Shown here: positions 24,327 to 35,664 of the stretch, in pieces | Layout: each line of letters opens with the position of its first letter | How positions within the stretch are numbered: position 1 is the stretch's first letter | Source: Octopus bimaculoides | Taxonomy: Eukaryota | NCBI RefSeq assembly: GCF_001194135.2 | Contig: NC_068981.1 | Span: 79,454,839 to 79,492,863, forward strand | DNA length: 38,025 bases | Reading direction: 5' to 3' | The notes under the pieces: generated by a model | Told to the model about the DNA's origin: nothing | The model's database searches: none | The model's input: the letters and a program-made list of their open reading frames with translations, nothing else | Program-made: the position numbers and the translations under genes

Positions 24327-27012
24327 ACAGCTCTTTTGAAGCATATCATATCGCCTGACGCATCAGGGCTACTCTTAAATGAGCCGGACATGCAACACTA
24401 GCATCGGCCATGGCTGCGATCTCACTTTACTTGCCTGGTCTTCTCAGTCACTGTTTATTGCCAAAGGTCTCGGTCTCCTGTAATTACCCCTGTGAGGCTC
24501 AATGTTCAAAGGTCATTCTTCACCATCTCATACCATGTCTTCCTGGGTCTGCCTCTTCTACAGGTTCCTTCACAGTTAGGTTGTGGCACTTCCTCACACA
24601 GCTGTCCTCAACCATACCAGTGCAGATGTCTCTCTTCCACACTACATTTGATGCTTCTTATGTCCAACTTTTCTCTCAGGGCGTTTACACTGTCGTGTAT
24701 GCACTCTGACATTACACATCCAGCAAATCATACTAGTTTGTTTTCTTTCAAGCCTATGCATGTCCTCAGCAGTCATGGCTAATGTTTCACTGCCATGTAG
24801 CATGTCAGTTCACACACATGCACCATACAGTCTACCTTTCATCCCAAGCGAGAGGTCGTTAGTTGCGATCAGAGGTAGGAGCTCCCTGAACTTTGCCCAG
24901 GTGATTCTTATTCTAGCCACTACACTCTCAGAGCAATCACCCTCACTACAGACTTGGTCGCCTAGGTAGCAGAAGCTATTAACTACTAGGTTTTCCCCCT
25001 GGCATGTGATGAAATCTGTTTTCTGTACATCTTCAGTGCTTATTGCCCATGTGCATCTGCCACACACAAAAACTATCTTCTCGGTTAACCTTCCTTTGAT
25101 ATTGCTGCACCTTTTATGTGTCCATAGCTTACACCAGGTACATCATATGGAGTTTCTACCCACGCCTTTTTTACAGATCAAGCAGGGCCATCTACTTGAA
25201 GGGGTTTGTGATTCGTCAGCCTTCCTACTTACTAGGACTTTGTTTTTTTGCTAGGTTAACCCTAAGTCCCTTCAATTCTAGACCTTGCTTCCACACCCTA
25301 AACTTTGTCTCTATTTCTGGCAGTGACTTGGCTATTAGAGCAAGGTCATCAGCATAGAGGAATTCCTCTGTTACTGCCTGGAGGACTATGATGAATAAGA
25401 GGGGGCTGAGGATTGATCCTTGGTGAACCCCTACTTCTACCTGGAATTCTTCACTATAGTCGTTGCCAACCTTCACCTTACTGACAGCATCACTGTACAG
25501 AGCTTGTACAACTCTTATCAACCACTCATCTATCCCCAGTTTCTGCATTGGTCACCAGATAAGGGATTGGGAGACCCTGTCAAAGGCTTTCTCCAAGTCA
25601 ACAAAAGCCAAGTACAAAGGTTTATCTTTGGCTATGTATTTCTCCTGCAGTTGCCTTACCAGAAATATAGCATCAGTGGTGCTTCTGCCTGGCAGAAAAC
25701 CAAACTGCATCTCATCTAGTCTAACTCTCTCCCTAATTAGTTGGGCTATGACCCTCTCTGTAATTTTCATCACCTGATCCAGTAATTTGATACCGTTGGA
25801 GTTATTTCTATCTAAAACATCACCTTTGACTTTGTAACAGTTGACTATGGTGCTACTACACCAGTCATTGGGTATGACTCCTTCATGAACTACCTTATTT
25901 ACGATGCGGGTGACAAGACCATAACCCACACTGCCCGATATTTTAAGCATCTCAGCAGTGATTCCTGATGGGCCAGGTGCTTTCCCTGTCTTCATATCCT
26001 TATTTGCTTTATCTACCAGGGTACTGTCAATTCAGGTAGCTGGTCCCTCTATTGGGTCAACCTTTGACAGACTCTTCTCTACCCATTCGTTGTCCACATT
26101 CAGCAGTCTTTCATAATGGCATCTTCAAGCCTTTTTCTTTGCAGAGTCATTAAACGCAAGGGCACCATCATCCATGTGGACACATTTCTCTCCTATAACA
26201 TCACGGTTTTTTCTCACACACTGTCCTGCAATCTGAAATACTTCAGTTCTTTGGTCTTCACATCGATTAACATTGGAAAACTTCTTTCTGCTACTCCCTT
26301 GGCTATATATACCTGTCTCCTAGCTTCCGTTTTTGCTATCTGATACAGTCTCCTGCTTCCCCCACTCTTCCAGGCCTGTCTCTTTGCTCTAATGGCCCTA
26401 TCTACCACCATGTTACCCTAGGTCTGGAAGGGACTTTTCACCAGCCACAGATTTGCTCTGTAGCACTCAGCAAGCTGTCTAACAGGAATTTCCAGCTGCC
26501 TTCTATGTCACAGGACTTCCCTATCATCAAATTTCTCAGTAAGGATATCCCTAAATCTCTGATCATGTGAAGGGTTCTTAAGCTTCTAAGTCCTTCTTTT
26601 CCAGATTGGTTTGCTTTTTGTCATCCTTCTGACGTCAAGTTTAAAGTCACTAATAACTAGTCTATGCTGGGGGGTACATTCTTCATCAGGGAGGGTCTTT
26701 GTATTTAAGAGCAACCATGCATCCCACTGTCTTGTGAGAATGAAATCAATCTGGCTAGCAGAGTCACCTGACTGATAGGTTATCAGGTGGCTGACTGGCT
26801 TCCTGAAGTTGGTGTTGCAGATCAATAGGTTATTTGCATTGCAGAACTCCAGGAGCCTAGTTCCCTCTTTATTTCTGGTACCAACTCCATGGCCTCCATG
26901 TACACCATGGAAGATACCAGGTCGCTGTCCGACATGCCCATTAAAATCTCCAGCTACAAAGATATAAGATCATTGTCATTAATCTTTGAGGTAGCCTGCA
27001 GAAGAATATCGA
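24327..27012 (-). mobile_element. 2.7-kb RTE-clade LINE (endonuclease C-half + RT), frameshifted, lacking both its 5' end and its 3' tail
   Basis: EN motifs GDFNGHVG, NTNFRK, SQIDFIL, QHRLV. RT motifs KAPGPSGI, QFGF..GRSTTDAIF, AFVDLEKAFDRV, GVHQGSILSPLLF, LYADDL. Confidence 0.95.
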
Positions 27013-27013
27013 T

Positions 27014-27048
<35 letters not shown>

Positions 27049-27097
27049 AATAATGAAATGAACAGCAATACAAAATATTTCAAGCTTACAACAGATA

Positions 27098-27406
27098 TCA
27101 TCATCATCACCATCATCATCGTTAAACGTCCACTTTCCATGCTAGCCTGGGTTGGACGATTTGACTGAGGTCTGGTGAACCAGGTGGCTACACTAGGCTC
27201 CAATCCGATTTGGCAGAGTTTCTACAGCTGGATGCCCTTCCTAACGCCAACCACTCCGAGAGTGTAGTGGGTGCTTTACGGGCCACCGGCATGAAGGCCA
27301 GTCAGGCGGTACTGGCAATGATCTCGCTCAAATGTCTTTTCACATGCCACTGACACAAGTGCCAGGAAGGTTGGTAACGATCACGCTCAAATGGTGCTAT
27401 TTACGA
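27098..27406 (-). mobile_element. RTE 3'-tail-only copy
   Basis: catcatc-gttaaacgtcc...ggatgcccttcctaacgccaacc; matches 3978-4270. Confidence 0.9.
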
Positions 27407-28590
27407 TATGATTTCAAAACTGAAATGGTTTTAATCTAAGTGACAAAAGATAGGGAAGTGATATTCTAAACTCAAGGATTGCTATATTAATGTGTTTAAT
27501 TCTGCGTTTCAAGTATTTCTTGCAGGTTATCCAAATTCTCATGTAATGGACAGGTAGAATGCACCTATTAACTGGCTCTCACACATCTATGGTTCCGTTT
27601 CTCACTTTCAGCCATTCCCTAAGAACATATTGAGAGTGTAGTGACAATAGGAAATAAAATACACACACACACCCAGAACATCAGTAGGTGAGGAGTTCTA
27701 CATAGGATTGTTTATTGAGAATATAGCACAGAAAAGTGAAGCCTCTCTTGGGACAACTTTATTTCACTAATAAAGTTGTTTTTTTTTTAATACCCCCCCC
27801 CCCCAAAAAAAAACAACAACAACAGTACTGGAAATAGGCCAACTCATCACTACAATAATATAAATTTTTTCTGTAATAGTGATAACATGATAGTAATATG
27901 CTAATAGCAAAGTTGCACTGTTTTTAAAACAAAGCAGTGAAAAGTCTCCTACAGCTTACATACTGAACCTTGATCTACATTCAAATTTGCAGCACATAGT
28001 AACACAGACACACATGCATATACAAATAAACTCAGAGTAAGCTACTGGCAGCATTGTAAATAAACACAGAATGTTGATATCATGTGTGGAAACAAACAAC
28101 TGCTAATGGGGAATTTAATTTTGCAACAAGATATAAAGGTATCTATGATAATATGCATGTTACACTTACTCATACCTGTCTAAATGTTTCACCTATATAC
28201 ACACAGATTTGTTAGCAGAAGTGTTGCAAAGATTTCACTGCATTTATGGTAGAAAAAGTTACTGAAATCTAAATTATTAGCACTGAAGGCAGAAGATAAA
28301 GTTTTGAGGTTGGTTTTAAATTTTGTCCAACTAAACATGCTGAAGAACATGGAAATTGTAATGTTAAGAGACAATTTTGTATGTTGGAAAATGAGTAAGG
28401 GATTGATGGAAACAAAAAGAAACACTCAAGAAAATGTCAAAACAAAAATGTGCTAAATTGTCTCCTGGTATGAGAACTCAAGAGAAAAATTTATATATTT
28501 GGGCAGGGGAATCACACATGAATGAACACATCATTTGCATGGCTTTTAGAACAAAAGTTAAGACAGCTTACAAGTATCCATGGACAGCTT

Positions 28591-28891
28591 CATCATCATC
28601 ATCGTCGTTTAACGTCCGCTTTCCATGCTAGCATGGGTTGGACGGTTTGACTGAGGACTGGTGAACCAGATGGCTACACCAGGCTTCAATCTGATCTGGC
28701 AGAGTTTCTACAGCTGGATGCCCTTCCTAATGCCAACCACTCCGAGAGTGTAGTGGGTGCTTTTTACATGCCACCTGCATGAGGGCCAGTCAAGTGGAAC
28801 CGGCATCAGCCACGCTTGAATGGTGCTTTTTACGTGCCACCGACACAAGAGCCAGTCCAGCGGCACTGGTAACGACCACGCTTGAATGGTG
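28591..28891 (-). mobile_element. RTE 3'-tail-only copy
   Basis: Same terminal block plus two tandem units. Confidence 0.9.
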
Positions 28892-30975
28892 GTCAATCAA
28901 TTCATCTTTTAAAACATGCATTTTTATGTTTCTCTCCTCTGTATCCATTCCTCTCTCTCTCTCTCTCTGTTGTGCTGAGTCCAAAGTTTTACAATATTCT
29001 GGTAACTCAATTACTTTATTGATCAAGTTACCCTAAATCCTCGAGTATAAATCCCCCCCCTTCCCCTTCCCTCCTTCGTGAAGCCGTGATGAAGGGAGTG
29101 GAAGGAAATGAACCTCGCCAAGAGACGTTGCTTATAGCTACTCAGAAATTCATTTCAGCAATTCATGAACTGAAATGGCCAGTTTTATGTCTGCAAAATG
29201 GCCATGATGACTTGTTCATAAAACCAATGTGTAGATATTATAAAAAACATTTTAAATAAAAGTGGATCAAAATCAATTTATAAATGTTTATTTCATTCTA
29301 ACACAGTTTCATGAAAGTACTTAGATGAAAGCATTTGCTAAGTGTTTACGTTCTGCATTATGCTGTAATATCCTTCTTTAACTAAAGGTTGACAACTGTA
29401 ACTCTACATGTTTACCAATAACATTACAAGATCACTTTTAACCAGTAATACCAGTAATATTCAAAGGTCACTTCTGAATTTGACTTTTATATTTTTTAGC
29501 ATGTGTGAACTTTTGCAATGTATTTTAAACAGCAATTGTAATAAATTTGACTAAACACATTTTTATAGACAAATTAGTATACAAATTATACAAATGTGAA
29601 ATTTGTTCTATGATTCCAGTACATATAAATATATAAATAATTCAGTACTTTCCTCTACTTGGACAATGTGAGTTAAAAGAGAATCAATGCTGATTTATGT
29701 GCATGTATATTTACATAATATCAATTGCAAAGAATAGATAAAAGCAAACTAGGCACTTAACCTCTCCATGAGAAGTAATTATAGCACTCTAAAATCAAAC
29801 TACCAATTTCCTATGGTTGTTTTAACTACCAGAAGAGTAGAAAATGACATTAAATTAATTCTACACTCATTCAGTATGACATTTGTTCCATTACAGCATT
29901 TGAATGCGAGAAGAAAAACATTACCCAAATAACTTCAGTATGAAATTTAACATTTATTATTAGTTAAAAGCCAAACAGGTCATGAGATTTCACTGCTTTA
30001 AACTCCACTTTTTTCGATTATTTATTGGCTTTGTTACAGCAATCATCAGCTTTGTTGGCTTGCTCTGTACTTGCCACACAATATGTGAAAAGAGCCTCTT
30101 AATTACTCTTATACACACCTGATACATAAACCTGAGTGGAGAATGTTTGCATTTCAAAAGATTATATTTACATCAAAAGCAACAAATTATATCAATCATA
30201 ATGATAGTTTTGAGAATTAAGAAAGGAAATGGCACTTTGGAGTAGACATGTTTTCTCAAAGACAGCAGAACAATAAATAATTATCATTTGATCAAGAATC
30301 AAAGCTTAGCTATTGGCTACATCCTCTAATAATGTTTCACTTGCCTTATATATCTGACACAGTGGCATATAAGAGAAATAACAACTAACATTTCTTTAAT
30401 GGATAGTGTTTTTAATACAGTTCAATAGAGCTAGCTCCCTAAACATTTCAGTATCACACAAAATATATTCTGTACATAGCATGGTTATGGACAGAGACAC
30501 AACAATGTTATTCATACAGTTATATATTTTAAAGAACTCACATAATATATTCCCCATAAACTACAGATTTGGGCCACTGTTATACAGATGAAATCAATCG
30601 TGTATTATTGTAACTGACCACAGACAATATAGAATATAATTTAGCTTTGAAAGATTTTACTGTATTAGTAATGACACAAGTCACACTAACAACAAAGATA
30701 TGATGATATGTTTGTTGCTTCTCTCAGTATTAAAATAATATCCAATAACATTGCAACAATAAAACTTTGTTAGGGTAGAAGAGTACAGCAATAAAACTTT
30801 GTTAGGGTAGAAGAGCTTGTATAAACGTGTGAATAGTAGTTTATTATTTCAAAGTTTATAGTGACAGCTACACTCAAAACAACAGTTTCAGATAAATTCA
30901 ATGAGAATAGCAACATTAAATCTAAGAAAAACTGTTAGTTAAAGCTAAAAACAATTAAAATATAAAGTTAATTAA

Positions 30976-31216
30976 CCCTTTAACTGTGAAATTGAATTTA
31001 ATGGTTATTCCAAGAATGATGTTAAATATCTACCAAAAAATAGAATTAGTGTTTTCTGCAAGTCATGTTACCTCAGTGAACTTGATATATCTCAACAAAA
31101 AACAATTTCAAACATGACAAACCTCAATAAAAGATAAATTGATATATAAAACTGCTTTCTACGATTAAGGGTAATGAAATTTCAAGCGGATATATCGGAT
31201 TTCCACAGTGAAAGGG
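30976..31216. mobile_element. piggyBac-type MITE, third family, ending 56 nt from an arginase exon donor
   Basis: TTAA|CCCTTTAACTGTGAAAT...TTTCCACAGTGAAAGGG|TTAA. Confidence 0.75.
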
Positions 31217-31272
31217 TTAAGTTTCCTGATAACTAAATTTCTAAATAGGAATGAAAACTCTAGAAAAATTAC

Positions 31273-31379
31273 CTTTTTACTTGCATGGCTCAAAAACAGT
31301 CCATTTTTAATAAGAGACTGTTTATCATCTTCTTCAATATTCTCAAACTGAATATTCCCATAGTCATTTATTCTGTGAC
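31273..31379 (-). CDS. ARG: Arginase internal coding exon: (G)HRINDYGNIQFENIEEDDKQSLIKNGLFLSHASKK
   Basis: ttcgtattgctttgtAG|GT CAC AGA...AGT AAA AAG|GTAATT. 107 nt = 2 nt + 35 codons. The phase-1 start fits the previous exon and the phase-0 end fits the next. Aligns to ARG1 [36 protein letters not shown]. Lies inside track ORF 31165..31539. Confidence 0.9.
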
Positions 31380-31836
31380 CTACAAAGCAATACGAAATAA
31401 CAAAAGAATGAACAAGTGGTGAGATGTGATAGAAAACACCTGTCCAACCCATGCAGACAGATATAAAAAGGATGATGTTTAATGATATGAAAATCATGTA
31501 ATTGTCACACAAATGAGAGAACTTTATGTAGTCACTCAAACTTCAAGTAATAATAGCTAAATCTCCTTGTTTCACACCCCATTATTATTATCTTTAAAAG
31601 AACAAAAAGGAAAACACTTTGGATAAAGTGGTTTTACTTATCATCACCATCATCATCATTCCTCAATATGTCTAGACAAAAAAACTGAGTCCCAGTAAAA
31701 ATACTTTTGATTGTAAGTCTGATCAGGCCTAACCTGGAGTGAAACAACATGTGCCTGTTAAATGTCAGAGAAATACTTTTATAAAAAGATTGATAGCAAT
31801 GTCATTAAAATGGTTTTACTATTTTGCCAGAAAGTA

Positions 31837-32030
31837 AGGCAGCAACAAGCAGAATCATTAGTATGCTGGACAAAAATACTTAGTATTAGATTTTGAGTTC
31901 AAATTCCACTGAGATCAACTTTACCTTTCATCCATTTTGGATCAATAAAATAAGTACCAGTTTGGAATTGGGATCAATATAATCAACTAACTCCACCCCG
32001 TTGTAGAAAGGATTATTTTGCAAGAAAGTA
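31837..32030 (+). mobile_element. SINE type C, degenerate
   Basis: gagttcaaattccactgagatcaactttacctttcatcc...aagtaccag matches 9750-9810. Confidence 0.7.
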
Positions 32031-32339
32031 CTTAAAAATATATACTTCTCATAGAGAATGACATTCATGTCAGATCTAATCTATATGATATCGTATGTTC
32101 CATATTCTATTTCAAGTGAATTTTGCTGGGCCCACATACACACACTCACAAAATATGAGAGTGTAAGCCTAACTAGGAAGAATGAACATATAAAAATTTA
32201 TGAATGTTCTAAACATTTCAGTCACTAAAATAAAATATATTGGCAATGCCTTTGGAATGGAAATGAATATAGAATGGAAAACAAAAAAGTAAGGTCATTG
32301 TCAAGAGACACTTGTTTCTAGTACATCTATCCTTGTTTA

Positions 32340-32840
32340 TCATGAGGTTTTGGTTCCAAACAACACAGTGATAAATAAATAATCTCTGTGCACTTTGTAA
32401 ATGGAATGAATAGTAGATTTACTGGTAGCAAACTTGCAGATCACAGCAGCAAAGCTACTAATATTATGGTTTTTCATGATCAGTCCTACCTTTTCATGTA
32501 GAAAATACTCAATTGCATTATTTGTTAGGATCAAATGCCAACGTATCTTTCTGCTCACTGGTCCCATGTTGATACGTACAAGTACATAAATCAGTATAAA
32601 AAGTATGTAGACTTGCAGCATAGCAATGGAAACAAGTGATAGTCAGTGCATCGTGGGTAGCTGAACATTGTGGATGGTTGCCAGGGCATGCTTTTGTAGT
32701 ACAAGCAGAATCTTTGACTAATCACCAACTGGTGTTATGACATCAATCTGTGATAAGCATAACATGATTCACAACTGAACATACCATATTATCCCAGATC
32801 AGTGGTGAATGAATCAGTGGTAAATGAAACTACATGCATT
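32340..32840 (-). mobile_element. Tigger-like transposase N-terminal (psq-type HTH) relic
   Basis: LHEKVGLIMKNHNISSFAAVICKFATSKSTIHSIYK resembles Tigger LxEKVxLL...SxAAVARxFxxNxSSVRTI (recalled, not searched). Confidence 0.4.
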
Positions 32841-33262
32841 ACATTAACATAAGAGAGATCATCAACTATCTAATATTCAGTTAGAAACAATTGATATAAG
32901 TTAGGTATACTTTGATGTATATGTTATCTACTATATATACCCATAATGTTTATTTCTAACCTTCACGCATTTATTCCTTTGAAGTTTGGTACTAATCATT
33001 CCGTGTGTCATACAAGGGTATTATTATGTCTAAATGGTTGAGAAGTTTGTTTTGCAATAATGAGGTTCCAGGTGCAAATGTTTCCTATCATAGTCTCAAG
33101 TACACTTGTTGAGATTATGCAGACAGAAAATAAATGGAAGGCTGTAAGATGTAAACAGTAACTGTATGGAAGGTTGTAGGAAGAGGCAGTACCTGTGATT
33201 CCAAGGACCAGCCTCGCTAGACACTATCATGTCACACTTGTTCTCCCTGAAGATTACATTAA

Positions 33263-33481
33263 ACCTTTAGCATTTAAAAAGGCCATATCCAGCCCTGATA
33301 TTTTACTGGTTTTATGTTCAAACTAGTCAGATCCAACCTCTCAGACTTATCCTACTATGTCATTCTAAAAACAAACAATCCCAACATTAAAATCTCAAAG
33401 CTATGAGATAAGACATATTAATTCAAAACAATGTGAATGAATAAGCATTATATTTGAGAGAATAATATGAATGCTGAAGGG
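33263..33481. mobile_element. piggyBac-type MITE, second family
   Basis: TTAA|ACCTTTAGCATT...AATGCTGAAGGG|TTAA; inverted relative to the 10801 and 11605 copies. Confidence 0.8.
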
Positions 33482-33950
33482 TTAAAGATACAAGTGTTCA
33501 TGAAATAATCTGTCCCTTACACTACAATTCAATGAGGGCACAAGCATATCTGAAGAGTCTAAGGTTCAATCTCACATGAGGTCTAGGGTTCAATCTCACA
33601 CTGTAATATGTTGGGCAAGTACATTTACCATAGTGTGTGAGTGAATTTGGGTAAATGGAAACTGTATAGAAGCCTGTCAAGTGAACTGGATCTGTAATTC
33701 AAAAATTGAGCTTCATGACGCTTATACTAATTCTGCTTATAAATGACATAAAGGGTACATGTGTCTGGAATACTCAGCGACTTAACAAACCAATTCAATG
33801 AGCAGGCTGTCTAGTTGATTAAACAATTATGATACTCATTGTCAAAACCAACAGAAAATACATTTATTTATAAACATGAAGATAAAAGAACACCTCATTA
33901 AAGTACAACTTTAACAGGTGCCTGTATGTTTTCTTTACCAACCACAAACT

Positions 33951-34722
33951 CAGGCATGACTATATGGTTAAGAAGGTCACTCCCTAACCATGTGGCTTCA
34001 GGTTCAGTTCCATTATACAGCACCTTGGGCAAATGTCTTTTACTATAGCCCCAGACAGACCAATGCCTTATGAGTGAGTTGTGTAGACAGAAACTGTGGA
34101 GAAGCCCATTGTGTGTGTGTATGTGTGTATCCACCATCACTTGTCAAGGCATACTGGTTTGCTTACATCCCTGTTACTTAGCAGTTCAGTAAAAAAGACT
34201 GATAAAATAAAATAAGTACTGAGATTGATTTACATTATTTACATTTGACGGATATTTGTCCTCATCTTGTCTGTTGTTAACAACGTTTCGGCTGATATAC
34301 CCTCCAGCCTGAATCTTGGGGGAATTTCGAACCTGGGTTCTCATTCCTAAGGTATTTTTCAATGTTATTATTATTATTATTATTAATAATAAGGTATTTT
34401 TCAATGTTGTTGTTATTATTATTAATAATAAGGTATTTTTCAATGTTATTATTATTATTAATAATGATAACAACATCGAAAAATACCTTAGGAATGAGAA
34501 CCCAGGTTTGAAATTTCCCCAAGACGCCTGATGAAGGCTGGAGGATATATCAGCCAAGACGTTGTGTTAACAACAGACAAGATAAGGACAAATATCTGTC
34601 AAATGTAAATAATGTACATAATTCGTCATCTCTTAAATGTAGAACTGTATGAGGTTGATTTGTTTGACAAAACCCTTCAAAGTGGTGCCCCAGCCTGATA
34701 CTTGACTGAAACAAGTAAAAAA
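33951..34722 (+). mobile_element. SINE type A interrupted in its tail by the foldback element
   Basis: The tail stops at aataagtact-gagattgattt and resumes at gaggttgattt-gtttgacaaaacccttcaa. Confidence 0.75.
34232..34649. mobile_element. Non-coding foldback retroelement with hammerhead-ribozyme motifs in inverted arms (Penelope pLTR-derived / retrozyme-like)
   Basis: Arms 34232-34366 and 34472-34615 are near-perfect reverse complements. The spacer is three AAGGTATTTTTCAATGTT(ATT)n units. Flanks tgagattgattt / tgaggttgattt (11/12) form a TSD. CTGATGA...GGCTG/CAGCC...GAAAC core elements are present. Confidence 0.75.
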
Positions 34723-35129
34723 AGGTAAAAGTATATGTTCACCAATTATAATAATTTTTTCACTGAGCAAAATAAATTTCTGTTAATTTATCATATTTGA
34801 AATTCATGTAGTAAAACCAACATTTACTTAGTGTAATAACATTTTGTTTTCTTTCGCAGTTTATTTTTTGTTTTACTCTTTTTGCTGATTTACCATTCAA
34901 TTATTTACCATTCAATTATGGCAGTCAAAGTCATAGTTGAATATATTAAATCCAGTGCGTGACTTGCATTTATTTTATAAATCTCAGAAGGATGACAAAG
35001 TGAATTTGGGTAGAATTTACAATATCAATCCTGCCTTCCACTACTGTCCATTATACAAAATTATTGTACGTTGCAGAGAGTAAAGCCCTTATTGAGTACA
35101 GTAAGGTCATACATATAGATGACTTGAAT

Positions 35130-35556
35130 AGTTTCTGGTTCAGTCCCACTGCATGGCAAATTGGATAAATGTTTTCTACTATAGTCCTAGGCTGACCAAA
35201 AATTTGGTAGATGGAGACTGAAAGGAGTCTGTCAGATGTTGGATGCATGTGTAAGTTTCTCTTTGTCTTATCATTACATGATGGTTGAAAATGAGCGACA
35301 CCAGCAAACAAGTGGTATCCTTAGTCTCCAATCTTCTTTGAGAACATGTCGAACCATGGCAAACATTACCTTATTTGGAGAGGGGTGAGGTTTGGTGACA
35401 AGAAGGGCACCTGACCACAGAAATTCTACTTGGGAGAAATATCACTTTGCTAGGAAACAGGTGAGGGTTGGCACCAGGAAGGGCATCCAGCTACAGAAAA
35501 TTTGCTAAACTCATGCAAGCATGGAAAAGTAGACATGAAAGTGATTAAGATGATGA
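35130..35556 (+). mobile_element. SINE type B with a duplicated tail segment
   Basis: The block ggtgagg(t/g)ttgg...a(a/g)gaagggca...cagaaa occurs twice (about 35385 and 35460). Confidence 0.7.
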
Positions 35557-35664
35557 AATTTTATTGATGAGACATTTTCAAAGCTTTCTTGAGATGGTAT
35601 TACATTTATTTACATGAATAGAAAAAAAATATCAATGAAATTATTAAACAAGTTATACCCATAC

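Noticed and set aside
24327-27406. Circularly permuted RTE (tail upstream of a tail-less body)
   Set aside because: The breakpoints do not join precisely and tail-only copies are common in this window, so chance adjacency is more likely.
27526-27553. Possible 28-nt plus-strand micro-exon (ttcttgcAG...cag|GTAGAA)
   Set aside because: No partner exons or recognisable peptide, and the donor is mediocre.
29083-29132. GTGATGAAGG...AGAGACGTTG hammerhead-like string
   Set aside because: Both core halves are mismatched and there is no convincing stem II.
32540-32575. Mariner-like SAHW-VP motif on the plus strand
   Set aside because: It needs a frameshift within a very short match; the minus-strand Tigger-like HTH explains the region better.
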